This document shows, piece by piece, positions 37,184 through 47,832 of a stretch of DNA of 64,000 nt. Each line of letters begins with the position of its first letter. The first letter of the stretch is position 1. A model generated the notes under the pieces. The model did no database searches and was not told the origin of the DNA. It saw only the letters and a program-made list of their open reading frames with translations. Made by a program: the position numbers and the translations under genes. This DNA is from Candidatus Iainarchaeum sp. (GTDB taxonomy: Archaea; B1Sed10-29; WALL01). The stretch lies in contig JAGMCR010000004.1 of the NCBI GenBank assembly GCA_023129115.1, forward strand, positions 1 through 64,000. The letters run 5' to 3'.

Positions 37184-38335
37184 ATGAGGAAAAGAAAGCA
37201 GTATTCGTTTACTTCTGAATCAGTGACCGAGGGCCATCCCGACAAGATGGCTGACCAGATAAGCGACGCCATTCTCGACGACTTGATTTCTCAGGACCCT
37301 GAGAGCCACGTCGCGGTGGAAGCGCTCCTGACCAATGGAGTAGTTGTTGTAGCCGGGGAAGTCCGGACCAATGGCTACGTGGACGTGCCGAGCATCGTGC
37401 GGCGGGTCGTGAAAGAAATCGGCTACACCCGTGCAAAGTACGGGTTCGACTCCGAGACGTGCGGCGTCATGGCTGCAATCCAGCAGCAGAGCCCGGACAT
37501 TGCGCAGGGTGTTGACAAGGCCGAGCAGGGCGCTGGCGACCAAGGCCTCATGTTCGGCTACGCGACGGACGAGACGCCGGAGTACATGCCGCTCTCGACC
37601 GTGCTCGCGCACAAGCTGTGCATGCGCCTCGCGGAAGTGCGGAAGGACAAGACGATTGGCTGGCTGCGGCCCGACGGCAAGAGCGAGGTCACTGTCGAGT
37701 ACGCGGACGGCGAGGCAAAGCGGGTGGAGGCAGTCGTAATCGCTGCGCAGCACGAGCCGACTGTCGAGTACGACCAAATCAAGAAAGAGATTCTCGAGCA
37801 CGTCATCAAGCCGGTTTGCGGCGGGTTGCTCGACGACCAAACAAAAGTCCACGTCAACGAGACGGGCCGCTTTGTTTTTGGCGGGCCGCGAGCGGACACC
37901 GGCCTCACCGGAAGAAAAATCATTGTTGACACGTACGGCGGCCACGGCTCGCACGGCGGCGGCTGCTTCAGCGGCAAGGACCCGAGCAAGGTGGACCGCT
38001 CGGCGTCTTACATGGCGCGCTACATCGCGAAAAACGTTGTCGCCGCCGGGCTCGCAAAAGAGTGCGAGGTCCAGCTCGCGTACGCGATTGGCGTTGCCGA
38101 GCCGGTGAGCGTGTTCGTCGACACTTTCGGCACAGGAAAAGTCGATGACGAGCGGCTAGAGGAGGTCATCCGCAAGGTGTTCCCGCTGAAGCCGGAGGGA
38201 ATCATCAAGCACCTGAAGCTATTGCGCCCGATTTACCGCAAGACGGCGGCGTACGGTCACTTCGGCAGGGACGACCCAGACTTCACGTGGGAAAAGACGG
38301 ACATGGCCGGCGAGCTCAAGAAAGCACTCGAGTGA
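37184..38335 (+). CDS. metK: S-adenosylmethionine synthetase, bacterial/eukaryal type
   Basis: [41 protein letters not shown]. Confidence 0.96.
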   Translation: MRKRKQYSFTSESVTEGHPDKMADQISDAILDDLISQDPESHVAVEALLTNGVVVVAGEVRTNGYVDVPSIVRRVVKEIGYTRAKYGFDSETCGVMAAIQQQSPDIAQGVDKAEQGAGDQGLMFGYATDETPEYMPLSTVLAHKLCMRLAEVRKDKTIGWLRPDGKSEVTVEYADGEAKRVEAVVIAAQHEPTVEYDQIKKEILEHVIKPVCGGLLDDQTKVHVNETGRFVFGGPRADTGLTGRKIIVDTYGGHGSHGGGCFSGKDPSKVDRSASYMARYIAKNVVAAGLAKECEVQLAYAIGVAEPVSVFVDTFGTGKVDDERLEEVIRKVFPLKPEGIIKHLKLLRPIYRKTAAYGHFGRDDPDFTWEKTDMAGELKKALE

Positions 38336-38450
38336 GGGACAACCACGCCCCCATTTTTCTTTTTTTCCCTGCCTAGCTTTGCCCATTCAACCAGAAAAAA
38401 TGTTTAAACATAGCTATTTATTTGACAAACGCTTTTAGGGTTAGCGCGAG

Positions 38451-39302
38451 GTGTTTTTAGTGGAGACTATCAAGGAGCTTTTCAAGAAAGACAAAATGAG
38501 GTTGGGGGGGATACTAGCATTTATTGCCCTGTTGGGCGTGGTATTACTATTAACCACTACAGGAACCACTCAAGTAACCCTTTCTAATATTCAAACCTTT
38601 ATTTTTCAACTAGGAAACTCAAAGCCTACAGAGATTACTGAAATAAACGCCTCTACAGTTGGCAATGTTAGTAAAGTAGAAAGAGAAGGCTTGGAGCGTG
38701 CTTATGGTTATGAGAGTCTCCTTGGTACGGAGAAGGTCACAGGGGAACTGTTTAAAAGTCAGCCCTCTTGCATTAGTCAAAGTCCACTAGTTGGTGATAA
38801 TTGGGATTTCGTCGAGGTAACCCTCCCATTCCGCCCCAAAATTACTACGTTTGCTATTGTGAAACCAGATGGAAAAGTATACAAACTACATGAAGGATTT
38901 AATCCTTTTTTAAAAAGCGAAAATGTTACCATCACAAATGAGGCTGAGGCATTAAAAATAGCAGAATTGTTTGCCGCCATGGCGGGTTCGGGACCTTTCC
39001 CGGATATAGTCTTATTATGTGACAAATCTGACATTCCTAGCGAGGATGGAACAGCTCCGGATGTAATCAATCCCCCAATGGTGGAAAGAGACGTGGATAC
39101 ATTTAGAGTAACATTGTATACTTGGACGTGGTGTGGTCACGTTGCGAAGTGGGAGATCCCGATTGTATCAAAAGGAGTGGCAAAGTATCCGGAGTTTGAA
39201 GTGATAGAGGGCCAGGTAGGAGATTACCACTTTGACTACAATCGGTGTGGTGGATACAAAGGCTGGTCTCTCAAGATGTATGCCGGGGAGATAAAAAACT
39301 GA
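38451..39302 (+). CDS. Hypothetical membrane-anchored or exported protein (AT-rich island)
   Basis: 283-aa ORF with an N-terminal hydrophobic segment and codon usage unlike the core genes. Confidence 0.7.
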   Translation: MFLVETIKELFKKDKMRLGGILAFIALLGVVLLLTTTGTTQVTLSNIQTFIFQLGNSKPTEITEINASTVGNVSKVEREGLERAYGYESLLGTEKVTGELFKSQPSCISQSPLVGDNWDFVEVTLPFRPKITTFAIVKPDGKVYKLHEGFNPFLKSENVTITNEAEALKIAELFAAMAGSGPFPDIVLLCDKSDIPSEDGTAPDVINPPMVERDVDTFRVTLYTWTWCGHVAKWEIPIVSKGVAKYPEFEVIEGQVGDYHFDYNRCGGYKGWSLKMYAGEIKN

Positions 39303-39303
39303 A

Positions 39304-41430
39304 ATGAAACTCAAAAAAATTGTCGCGCCTCTATTTCTTATATGCCTATTTATGGTTTTAGCTGAAGCACAATCCGTATCAGTTAATGACAACTTTGTTG
39401 ATATAAAAGTAACTGCAACGACAACTACTGTTGAAACAGCACAAATAAGCATTTCAGATTTCGATGCTAATACGGATGTAAACCTAACTGTGGTTCTTTT
39501 TGAGTATCCTCTAAGCGGTTCGAGTTCTACAGTAGCTCATATCTTACAAAGCGTGAATGTTACTACTGATGCTTTTGGTAGTGGTACTTATAATTTCACC
39601 CCCCTTACGACTGACCACACTGGCGTTGGGGATATAATTGCTGTTCAGTGGAGTAATTCCTCAATAAACTCCACTTATTACGAGTCAGGTGGGGACTACT
39701 TCGTTGTTGAAAAGATTCGAGAGGAAAAAACATCAGATAATCAGTATACTGTAAGGACGTATTATTTCAGCGCCAATTTTGATTGGAACCAATCATTCGC
39801 AGATTCTTTTGCAAACGATACGGCGGATGGTGGAGTGAATGCTTATGAAGTCCAAATTAAGCAGTGGAACTTCACTTCACCGGATCCAGATACTCTTCTA
39901 CATTACTTTATTGTAAGAAATGACGTGGAGGGTTCTGATAATTTTGACGACAGTGCAGATGTACCCAGTGGATGTTACCAAGTGGATAACGCTGGCTCAG
40001 CTTCAGGTAATGATTGTAGAGTATGTATTAGGCATGATTTAGAAAGTCATTTTGAGGCTGACGATATAGGTTATGCAAACCAAGGCGATTTGCTTACCGT
40101 TATAACGGCGCATGAGCATTTTCACAATCTTCAATATGCTTTGATGGAATCTACTAAGTGGGGTAGTTGGGATACTGTAGCTGAAGGAACGGCAAGGTTC
40201 CAAGAAAGCGTCCTCTCGCCAACTATAAGCTCGTACAATACAACAGTAACAAAGTCACTTGTGATTTTAGAACATAATAATTATGTGGCGGACACAAGCC
40301 GTGAGTTGTCTTCTTTTTCTTATGAGTATGCGTTGTACTGGGGTTATTTGTTTGATACAAATAATGGGATTAACACAATCAGGGAAATCATAAATGAAAC
40401 AAGTGAGGTTGGTGCTTCAGAGAATGAATATTTAGCTGTAGCCATAACCAACATCCTGAATGCTGAAGGTGGTGGCCATTCAAGCTATGATGATAGTTTA
40501 CGAGATTTCTCTGAAAAAGTATTCGAAAAGGACTTTTCTTGGGGAACCTACAACGGCTCGGATGAAGTGAACTGGGGCTCGTATCTCAATGATGTGAGTA
40601 GAAAGCAACCCGCTTACTCAAACGGTCGAGCGACTGTTTCGGGGACAGTTGATGCGTGGGCTATCGAATATATCAATATAAGCAACTCTGATTTCAATAA
40701 TACTGAAGTAATCTTTGAGGGCTATCTCTCTTCAGATTTTACAGTCAAAGCTTTGCTCAGAACGGGAAGTTCTTACACTAGCGAAATATTAAGTTTAGAT
40801 TCTAACCACGATGGTCACCTGATTATTAGTGACTCCAATAGCTATGATGAAATTGTTTTAGTAATAATACGATTCAATATAACCGGTAGTGGCGCTTACA
40901 TCGTTAAGGTGAACGACCTCAGTAAAATGGAGCTTTCATCTGGCTGGAATCTTGTCTCTTTCCCTGTTCTCCCAGCAACCAAAACGGTGTCAAACGTCTT
41001 GTCTTCAATCAGCGGCAGTTACGAAAAGATACAGACTTACAACACGGACACGGGTGACTGGGATACTCATGACGAGAATGTTCCCAGTGGGTACACGCAA
41101 ACTCTCACTACAATAAGCGGCGGCAAAGCGTACCGGATTTACATGAACCAAAGCGATGTGCTTGAGTACACTGGCTCTGCTGTGGCGCCAGTCAACATCT
41201 CGCTGTACACTGGGTGGAACTATTTGCCGTGGGTTGGCGGCACAGAGGCCGTTACGAGTGCCTTGTCTTCAATCAGCGGGAGTTACGACAAGGTACAGAC
41301 CAAGATTGACGGCGAGTGGGAGACTTATGATGTTAACGCGATTGGCTTCGACCAGACGCTTGACTACATGAAGCCAGGGCGGGGATACCACATACTCATG
41401 AATTCAAATGATACGTTAGAGGTGAATTGA
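39304..41430 (+). CDS. Secreted zinc metallopeptidase-like protein
   Basis: Signal peptide; TAHEHFH..Q plus downstream AEGTA (gluzincin-like); two C-terminal L..GWN(L/Y) repeats. Confidence 0.75.
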   Translation: MKLKKIVAPLFLICLFMVLAEAQSVSVNDNFVDIKVTATTTTVETAQISISDFDANTDVNLTVVLFEYPLSGSSSTVAHILQSVNVTTDAFGSGTYNFTPLTTDHTGVGDIIAVQWSNSSINSTYYESGGDYFVVEKIREEKTSDNQYTVRTYYFSANFDWNQSFADSFANDTADGGVNAYEVQIKQWNFTSPDPDTLLHYFIVRNDVEGSDNFDDSADVPSGCYQVDNAGSASGNDCRVCIRHDLESHFEADDIGYANQGDLLTVITAHEHFHNLQYALMESTKWGSWDTVAEGTARFQESVLSPTISSYNTTVTKSLVILEHNNYVADTSRELSSFSYEYALYWGYLFDTNNGINTIREIINETSEVGASENEYLAVAITNILNAEGGGHSSYDDSLRDFSEKVFEKDFSWGTYNGSDEVNWGSYLNDVSRKQPAYSNGRATVSGTVDAWAIEYINISNSDFNNTEVIFEGYLSSDFTVKALLRTGSSYTSEILSLDSNHDGHLIISDSNSYDEIVLVIIRFNITGSGAYIVKVNDLSKMELSSGWNLVSFPVLPATKTVSNVLSSISGSYEKIQTYNTDTGDWDTHDENVPSGYTQTLTTISGGKAYRIYMNQSDVLEYTGSAVAPVNISLYTGWNYLPWVGGTEAVTSALSSISGSYDKVQTKIDGEWETYDVNAIGFDQTLDYMKPGRGYHILMNSNDTLEVN

Positions 41431-42782
41431 AAATGAAGGGAAATGTTGCTATTGTGTTAATTGCTTTGGTGGTTGTTGTGGCTTTGGCTTATGCGAGTGT
41501 CACGACACCAAACTATGGGCCGCCTGGGGCATACACGGTCAGGGATTGGGTTCCCAGCGACTCTGGGAACACTACGTGCAGGGACGTGTGCGTCAGCTAC
41601 TTCACCATCAAGAACCCAACAGTCAATGATATTTCTTTCACTTCAAACACAGTCAAGATGTCGTTCGACAAGCTCCCCAAGAAGTGGGAGCTTTACAAGA
41701 AAGTCATGCACATCCATCCAGGCAACGGCACAGAGTATTGGGAGTGGGAAGACTTCACTCCAACGGGCCAATTCAAGGCAGGGGAAAGCATTGAGTTAAT
41801 GCTCGTTGGATACAAAAAGCCGGGAGAGTCAATTAAGTGGGGAGTTAACGTGTCAGGGTTCTACCTTGACCCGTGGTGGAATGAAGCAAACGCCACGCAC
41901 GGCTGGAACTTGAACAGCACTTGGAACGACGCGGTGGGCACGAACCACTTGGCAAGCAACGGCAACCCCCAGTGGGTTGCGGGCATCTTCGGAAATCAGG
42001 TCGAGCTCGATGGGACAGGGGATTTTGGCGTGAATTTTTCGGTGACTGGGATGCCCACGGGCAGCAGCACGGTTTGTTATTGGTATAAAGCGTATTCCTT
42101 CACTGACCGGGGCGCTGTCACGTTCGACAACACTGTAATTTGGGACCAAGGCAATACAAAAGTCGGGCGATGGATTGGGAGTGACGCGGAAACAGCCATG
42201 TTCCATTCACGGGTCTGCGACGCAAACAATAACAATGTTTTTGTTAGCCACACGATTGCGTTAAACACGCAATACTTTGATTGTTCAGTGTGGAATGATA
42301 CGGACAAAACTCTTTATGTCTATGTAAATGCCACGTTTAATGTGAGTAGCACAAATGCACTTGTTGGCGCGATTGACTCCAACGACGACTTTGCCATTGG
42401 CGCGAGGGACGCTGGCAACCGAGGGTGGAACGGCACGATTGATGAAGTCGTCGTATTCAACAAAGCACTAACGCCACTTGAAATAAACTCTCTATTCAAC
42501 AACAACGACATCTCAGGCACATCAGACCTATACTCACAAAACTACGCCCTGCCCCCAGTACAACCCCACTTATTCTTTGGAGAAGCAAGCAGCGGCACCG
42601 TGACTGCCCAAATAGAAGGAGTGACAAAAGCAACTACCACGGTATCAGGCGGAAAATTCTTTTTTGATGTCCCCGGAAACTGGACAGACTACAACAAAAC
42701 TGTATTAGTGAGTGTGGGCGGCGAGCAAGCCCAAGACCAATACCAACCCGGCGAAACCACCTTCGTCAACTTCACTGGGTAA
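41427..42782 (+). CDS. Secreted LamG/concanavalin-like domain protein
   Basis: Signal or TM N-terminus; ELDGTGDF and F.IG......WNGTIDEV.VFNKALT..EI LamG pattern. Confidence 0.78.
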   Translation: MKMKGNVAIVLIALVVVVALAYASVTTPNYGPPGAYTVRDWVPSDSGNTTCRDVCVSYFTIKNPTVNDISFTSNTVKMSFDKLPKKWELYKKVMHIHPGNGTEYWEWEDFTPTGQFKAGESIELMLVGYKKPGESIKWGVNVSGFYLDPWWNEANATHGWNLNSTWNDAVGTNHLASNGNPQWVAGIFGNQVELDGTGDFGVNFSVTGMPTGSSTVCYWYKAYSFTDRGAVTFDNTVIWDQGNTKVGRWIGSDAETAMFHSRVCDANNNNVFVSHTIALNTQYFDCSVWNDTDKTLYVYVNATFNVSSTNALVGAIDSNDDFAIGARDAGNRGWNGTIDEVVVFNKALTPLEINSLFNNNDISGTSDLYSQNYALPPVQPHLFFGEASSGTVTAQIEGVTKATTTVSGGKFFFDVPGNWTDYNKTVLVSVGGEQAQDQYQPGETTFVNFTG

Positions 42783-42827
42783 AAGCTTATATTCCCCCGC
42801 CTTCTAATTCCCCGTGAGGTGTGATTT

Positions 42828-43505
42828 ATGAAGAAATCTCTTTTCATATTGCTAATGCTTGTTGCCACTTCTTTCGCGGCGTGTTCCGTGCTCCAGCCCG
42901 ACCAGCGGACTCTGGGGCATTGCCAGGAAGAACTTAACAAAGGCGAGATAATTAATGCCGGGTGCTGCTATTACTTCGTCGAGGAATGGGGCGACTGTGC
43001 CCTCTACCTCTTGAAAGGCGCGCGCGCGGCCGAGCTCGAGTGGGACCTTAACAAGGGCTCGTTCGACGCCGGCAGCACAGCCAAGCAGTACTACAACCCC
43101 GAGTACTACCCAAGCTCCGGCCTGGGCTCGGAGACCGGCGTGTGCCTCAACGGCTACGGCGACTCCGCACTGACGCAAGACGTGGCCCAGTACTACAACT
43201 GGATAAAGTTCTATGGCTACGGCGGCGAAGACGACCCGCCGTTCGACATGGGCGCCAAGATTGACGCGCTCGAGAACAAGCTGCACCCGCCTGCCAAGGA
43301 AGTCGAGGCGACTCCGACGGCAACGCCAAAGCCAACTGCGGCTCCTGCGGCGGCAACAGCCACTCCTGAGCCAACTGGCGAAGGGGACAACACGGGCGTC
43401 ATGCTAGTCGTTGCAGTGGTAATCCTCGGCGCAGTCGGGTACTTTATTTACACAAAGAAAAAGCCTGGCAAAAAGAAAGAGCACTCAAAGGGCTCGGAAG
43501 AATAA
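42828..43505 (+). CDS. Hypothetical secreted Cys-containing protein with a Pro/Thr linker and C-terminal TM plus basic tail
   Basis: GAGGTG RBS, signal peptide, ATPTATPKPT linker, TM then KKKPGKKK. Confidence 0.75.
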   Translation: MKKSLFILLMLVATSFAACSVLQPDQRTLGHCQEELNKGEIINAGCCYYFVEEWGDCALYLLKGARAAELEWDLNKGSFDAGSTAKQYYNPEYYPSSGLGSETGVCLNGYGDSALTQDVAQYYNWIKFYGYGGEDDPPFDMGAKIDALENKLHPPAKEVEATPTATPKPTAAPAAATATPEPTGEGDNTGVMLVVAVVILGAVGYFIYTKKKPGKKKEHSKGSEE

Positions 43506-43548
43506 AACAAAAAAAAAGAAGGGAGGGAGGAATCTCCCTTTCCTTTTC

Positions 43549-44616
43549 CTAAAACACGTTGTAGAGCTGTAGCTCCGTCTCTGCCGGCTTTGCCTCGCCC
43601 GCAACGTGCGCCGCCTGCCCCTTGATGTGGGCGGACATGACACCAGTAAAGATGCTGATGACTTCCACCCGTCCCTCGTACTCGGGCACGATTCTCGCTC
43701 CCCAGATTACGCTTGCATTCGAGTCCACTGCCTCTGTGAGGCCGTGCCCAATTTCGTTGACCTCTCCCAAGGTCAAGTCAGGCCCACCGGTAATGTGAAT
43801 CAATACTCCGCTCGCGCCGGTGTAGTCAATGTCGAGCAAGGCGTTCTTCAAAGTGTTGTTGATTGCCTCGCTGACCCTGTTGTTGCCGCCCTTTGCCTCG
43901 CCCACCGAAATCACGGACACTCCGCCCGCGGCCATGATTGACCGCACGTCGGCGTAGTCCAGGTTAATCAGTGACGGGACAGTAATGGTCTCCGTGATTC
44001 CCTTGACCGCGCGCGCGATGACTTCGTCGGCCACGGCGAACGCCTGCTCAATCGGCAGGTTCGGCACCAATTCCACCAAGCGGTTGTTGTCAATGATTAT
44101 CACGGTGTCCGTAACTTCCTGCAGCTTCTTGATGCCCTCGTCGGCCTTTGTCATCCTCGCCCGCTCCATCTTGAACGGGTAAGTGACGATTGAGACCACG
44201 ATGGCGCCCTGCTGCTTGGCGATGTCGGCCACGACCGGGGCAGCCCCTGTGCCGGTGCCCCCGCCCATTCCAGCGGTCAGGAACACGAGGTCTGCGTTGG
44301 ACAGGACGTCCTCGAGCTCTGGCCTGCTGGATTCAGCGGCTTTTTCGCCGATTTCGGGGTATCCCCCCGCGCCAAGGCCGCGCGTCACGGTCTTGCCTAT
44401 CAGCAGCTTCTTTATCGCGCCGTTCACCAAGTTTAGGTGCAGCCGGTCAGTGTTCAGTGCCACTAATTCTGCGCCTGATACGCCCATTTTGGCGATGCGG
44501 TTCACGGAATTGCTTCCTCCGCCGCCACAGCCAATGACCACGATTTTTGGCCCGTCAGCAGAGCGTTCGCTGACTTCGTTTGAGTAAGATGTCGCGTTTT
44601 CTACTATACCCATCAT
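43549..44616 (-). CDS. ftsZ: Cell division protein FtsZ
   Basis: GCGGGGSN, GMGGGTGTG tubulin motif, INLDYADV, WGARI. Confidence 0.97.
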   Translation of the reverse strand: MMGIVENATSYSNEVSERSADGPKIVVIGCGGGGSNSVNRIAKMGVSGAELVALNTDRLHLNLVNGAIKKLLIGKTVTRGLGAGGYPEIGEKAAESSRPELEDVLSNADLVFLTAGMGGGTGTGAAPVVADIAKQQGAIVVSIVTYPFKMERARMTKADEGIKKLQEVTDTVIIIDNNRLVELVPNLPIEQAFAVADEVIARAVKGITETITVPSLINLDYADVRSIMAAGGVSVISVGEAKGGNNRVSEAINNTLKNALLDIDYTGASGVLIHITGGPDLTLGEVNEIGHGLTEAVDSNASVIWGARIVPEYEGRVEVISIFTGVMSAHIKGQAAHVAGEAKPAETELQLYNVF

Positions 44617-44913
44617 CGAGATTCCTCCAAGAGCTTTGTCCCCCCAAGCGGGACTCGTTTAAAAACACGCCCTTTATATTTATACCCCCGGAATACAAAA
44701 CAAAGTTCGGAAACCAAACTCCCAACAGTTGTTTTACAACCTTTTCCTAATTTGCAGCCCGTTACAAAACCTTTTGCAAACACGTGAAGTTCACAAACCG
44801 AAATTTTGCGCGTGAAACAGCGCGTTTCGCAACTCTTTTCCGCAGCGCGTTTTTAAAAAACCTTTAAATACCGCCCCGCCAAAAATACCGTCTATCCCTT
44901 TGGAGACTAGTGT

Positions 44914-47310
44914 ATGCCCAAGTACAACCCCCTGGAAGTCGAGAAGAAGTGGCAGGACAAGTGGCTAGCCGACGGCACCTACAAGTTTGACATCGACGCC
45001 CCCGGCGAAGTATACGCCATCGACAACCCCCCATCGTTCACCAGCGGCACGCTCCACATGGGCCACGTCCTCAACCATGCCTGGATAGACTTCATGGCCC
45101 GCTACAAGCGAATGCGCGGCTACAACGTCCTGTTCCCATTGGGCTACGACTGCCACGGGCTGCCGACGGAGCTGAAGGTCGCCAAGGAATTCGGCATCTC
45201 CCCCGGCGACCGCAAAAAATTCCGCGAGGCCTGCGAGGACTGGACCACCAAAGCCATCACTCAAATGAACGAGCAGTACAAGCGCATCGGCTACTCGTGC
45301 GACTGGGACGAGTACTACGAAACAAGAATGCCCAAGTACAAGGCCCTCGTACAAAAATCACTCCTCGACTTCCACAAGATGGGCCGCGTCTACCGCGAAA
45401 AGCACCCCGTGCTCTGGTGCACCAAGTGCAGGACCGCGCTCGCAAAAGCAGAAGTCGGCCACGTCGAAGAGCAAGGAAAATTGTGGCACCTCAAGTTCCC
45501 CCTCGCCGACGGAAGCGGCGACGTAACCTTCGGCACGACACGCCCCGAACTATCCGTCGCGTGCAACAGCTTCTTTGTCCACGAAGACGACGAGCGATAC
45601 AAAAGCCTCGTCGGCAAAAAAGTCAAGCTCCCCTACGTCGACCGCGAAGTAGAAGTCCTCTCCGACCGAAACGTCGACCGCGAGTTCGGCACCGGCGTGC
45701 TCTACGTGTGCACGTTCGGCGACGAAATGGACATCAAGCGCACCAAAGAGCACAAGCTAACTGTCTACGAAGCAATTGACGACACCGGCCGCATGACCGA
45801 AGTCGCCGGCAAATACGCTGGGATGAAGGTCCGCGAGGCGCAAGCCGCAATCGTGGAAGACTTCAAGAAAGACGGCTACCTCGTGAAGATAGAGGAATTG
45901 CCACACAGCATGCTCTGCCACACAGAGCGCACCTCGTGCAAGAACCCGATTGAGTTCCTCCCAAAGCACCAGTTCTTCATCAAAGTCACTGACAAGCTCC
46001 GCGACATAGTCGAGGCCGCGGAATCAATGCAGTGGTTCCCCGGCTACATGGAGGGCCGCCTGGTCGACTGGACCAAAAGCCTGGACTGGGACTGGATAAT
46101 CTCGCGGCAGCGCGTGTACGGCACGCCAATCCCATTCTGGCACTGCGAAAAGTGCGACAAGCTATATGCCCCCAACGAGAAAGACCTGCCAATCGACACC
46201 GCGGTGGACTCCCCACCGCAGGAAAAGTGCGAGTGCGGCGGCGCGCTCAAGGGCACGAGCGACGTGTGCGACTGCTGGGTCGACTCGTCTGTTACACCCC
46301 TCGCCGTCTCCAAGTGGCTGTGGGACCCCAAGTACTTCGAAAAGGCGTATCCCAACTACCTCCGCCCCCAGGGATACGAAATCATCCGCACGTGGGCGTT
46401 TTACACAATGTTCCGCTGCCTCTTGCTTACCGGCCAAAAGCCGTTCAAGCACGTCGTCGTCAACGGAATGGTCGCAGGGCCAGACGGAAGAAAAATGGCA
46501 AAGTCGTACGGAAACGTCGTCGCGCCCGAGCCCGTGCTGGACAACCAAGGCGCCGACGCAATCCGCCAGTGGGCACTCATGGCGTCCCTGGGCGAGGACT
46601 ACCCATTCTCGGACAAGGAAATCATTCACGGCCTCAAGTTCCAGAAGAAGTTCTGGAACGCGAGCTACTTCGCGAGCCAGTTTTTGGAAGGAGAGCCGAA
46701 AAAGCCATCTACTCTTCGCCCCTCGGACAAGTGGATTCTCCACAAGCTCAACACTTTAATCAAAGAGTCAACCGAAGCTCTCGACAACTACGAGTTCTAC
46801 AAGGCACTCGGCTCCATACGCAGCTTCTTCTGGCACGACTTCTGCGACTACTACCTTGAAATCGCGAAGGACCGGCTGTACAATGCCACGGGAGACGACA
46901 AGCTTGCAGCGCAGTACGCTGTGTACAAGGTGCTGATGAACAGCACGCTCATGCTCGCGCCGTTCGTCCCGCACATAACAGAAGAAGTACACGAGCTATA
47001 CCTGAAGAAGTTCACGAACGGCGGCTCGGTGCACTTGATGGCGTGGCCCGAGGCAGACGAGTCACTAATCGACCTGTCCCTCGACGCGGTCGGCGAGGGC
47101 CTCACCGAAATCATTTCGGCGGTGCGGAAGTTCAAGACCGAGAACCAGCTCGCCCTTAACTCCGAGCTCTCGAAGGTAACTGTTTATAAGCCTGAACTGT
47201 CTATTCTGGCTGACGATGTCCGCGAAGCGGTAAAGGCAAGAGAAGTCGCGTTCGCCGAGGGCACGGGCCCGATTGAGGCGCGGGGCTTCACGCTTGAGGT
47301 AGCCAAATGA
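44914..47310 (+). CDS. valS: Valine--tRNA ligase (archaeal type)
   Basis: LHMGH, DCHGLPTE, DWIISRQR, RPQGYEIIRTW, KMAKS. Confidence 0.95.
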   Translation: MPKYNPLEVEKKWQDKWLADGTYKFDIDAPGEVYAIDNPPSFTSGTLHMGHVLNHAWIDFMARYKRMRGYNVLFPLGYDCHGLPTELKVAKEFGISPGDRKKFREACEDWTTKAITQMNEQYKRIGYSCDWDEYYETRMPKYKALVQKSLLDFHKMGRVYREKHPVLWCTKCRTALAKAEVGHVEEQGKLWHLKFPLADGSGDVTFGTTRPELSVACNSFFVHEDDERYKSLVGKKVKLPYVDREVEVLSDRNVDREFGTGVLYVCTFGDEMDIKRTKEHKLTVYEAIDDTGRMTEVAGKYAGMKVREAQAAIVEDFKKDGYLVKIEELPHSMLCHTERTSCKNPIEFLPKHQFFIKVTDKLRDIVEAAESMQWFPGYMEGRLVDWTKSLDWDWIISRQRVYGTPIPFWHCEKCDKLYAPNEKDLPIDTAVDSPPQEKCECGGALKGTSDVCDCWVDSSVTPLAVSKWLWDPKYFEKAYPNYLRPQGYEIIRTWAFYTMFRCLLLTGQKPFKHVVVNGMVAGPDGRKMAKSYGNVVAPEPVLDNQGADAIRQWALMASLGEDYPFSDKEIIHGLKFQKKFWNASYFASQFLEGEPKKPSTLRPSDKWILHKLNTLIKESTEALDNYEFYKALGSIRSFFWHDFCDYYLEIAKDRLYNATGDDKLAAQYAVYKVLMNSTLMLAPFVPHITEEVHELYLKKFTNGGSVHLMAWPEADESLIDLSLDAVGEGLTEIISAVRKFKTENQLALNSELSKVTVYKPELSILADDVREAVKAREVAFAEGTGPIEARGFTLEVAK

Positions 47311-47447
47311 AGTCAATAGAGCACGACGCCCTTATGGAAGAAATGGAGAAAAAGAAGCGGCAGGCAATCATCATGATTGCCGCTATTGCAGTCGCTTTCA
47401 CGCTGTACTACCTGTTTGTACGGCCCATCCTTAAGGCCTACATATAA
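47307..47447 (+). CDS. 46-aa single-TM microprotein
   Basis: MKSIEHDALMEEMEKKKRQAIIMIAAIAVAFTLYYLFVRPILKAYI; ATGA overlap with the valS stop. Confidence 0.6.
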   Translation: MKSIEHDALMEEMEKKKRQAIIMIAAIAVAFTLYYLFVRPILKAYI

Positions 47448-47472
47448 ATACTCTCCCTGCCTCTCCTGCGTT

Positions 47473-47832
47473 ATGGCCATGGGCTTGGTGCAGATGGCAG
47501 TGGCCGTGGGGATAAGGCTCCCCGCGCTCTACATAGCAATTTCCCGCCAGGGCTACCCCAACCTCAGCACTGGCTTGATTATCATGCTCGCTGTCTTTTC
47601 CGCGCTGCTCGGCTTCTTCATGCCCGCCGGCGGAATCCTCGACATCGGGGGCGCGCTTTTCCGCATCGTGCTCTTCGCCGTCATAATAATGATTCTCTTC
47701 CGCGCCGAGTTCATGGAGGCGCTGGGCGTAGTAATCGTCGCCGCCATAATCGAGTCACTCATCATCCTCGCCCTCTCGATTTCGCCGGTGAGCTGGCTCG
47801 TCGCGGGAATGAGCCCGCTGACTATTCCTTAG
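47473..47832 (+). CDS. Hypothetical multi-pass membrane protein
   Basis: About 119 aa with four hydrophobic segments. Confidence 0.7.
   Translation: MAMGLVQMAVAVGIRLPALYIAISRQGYPNLSTGLIIMLAVFSALLGFFMPAGGILDIGGALFRIVLFAVIIMILFRAEFMEALGVVIVAAIIESLIILALSISPVSWLVAGMSPLTIP

Noticed and set aside
44640-44900. ftsZ-valS intergenic region as a family-A element or ncRNA
   Set aside because: Only short AACCTTTT fragments and one weak hairpin are present, which is compatible with ordinary divergent promoters.
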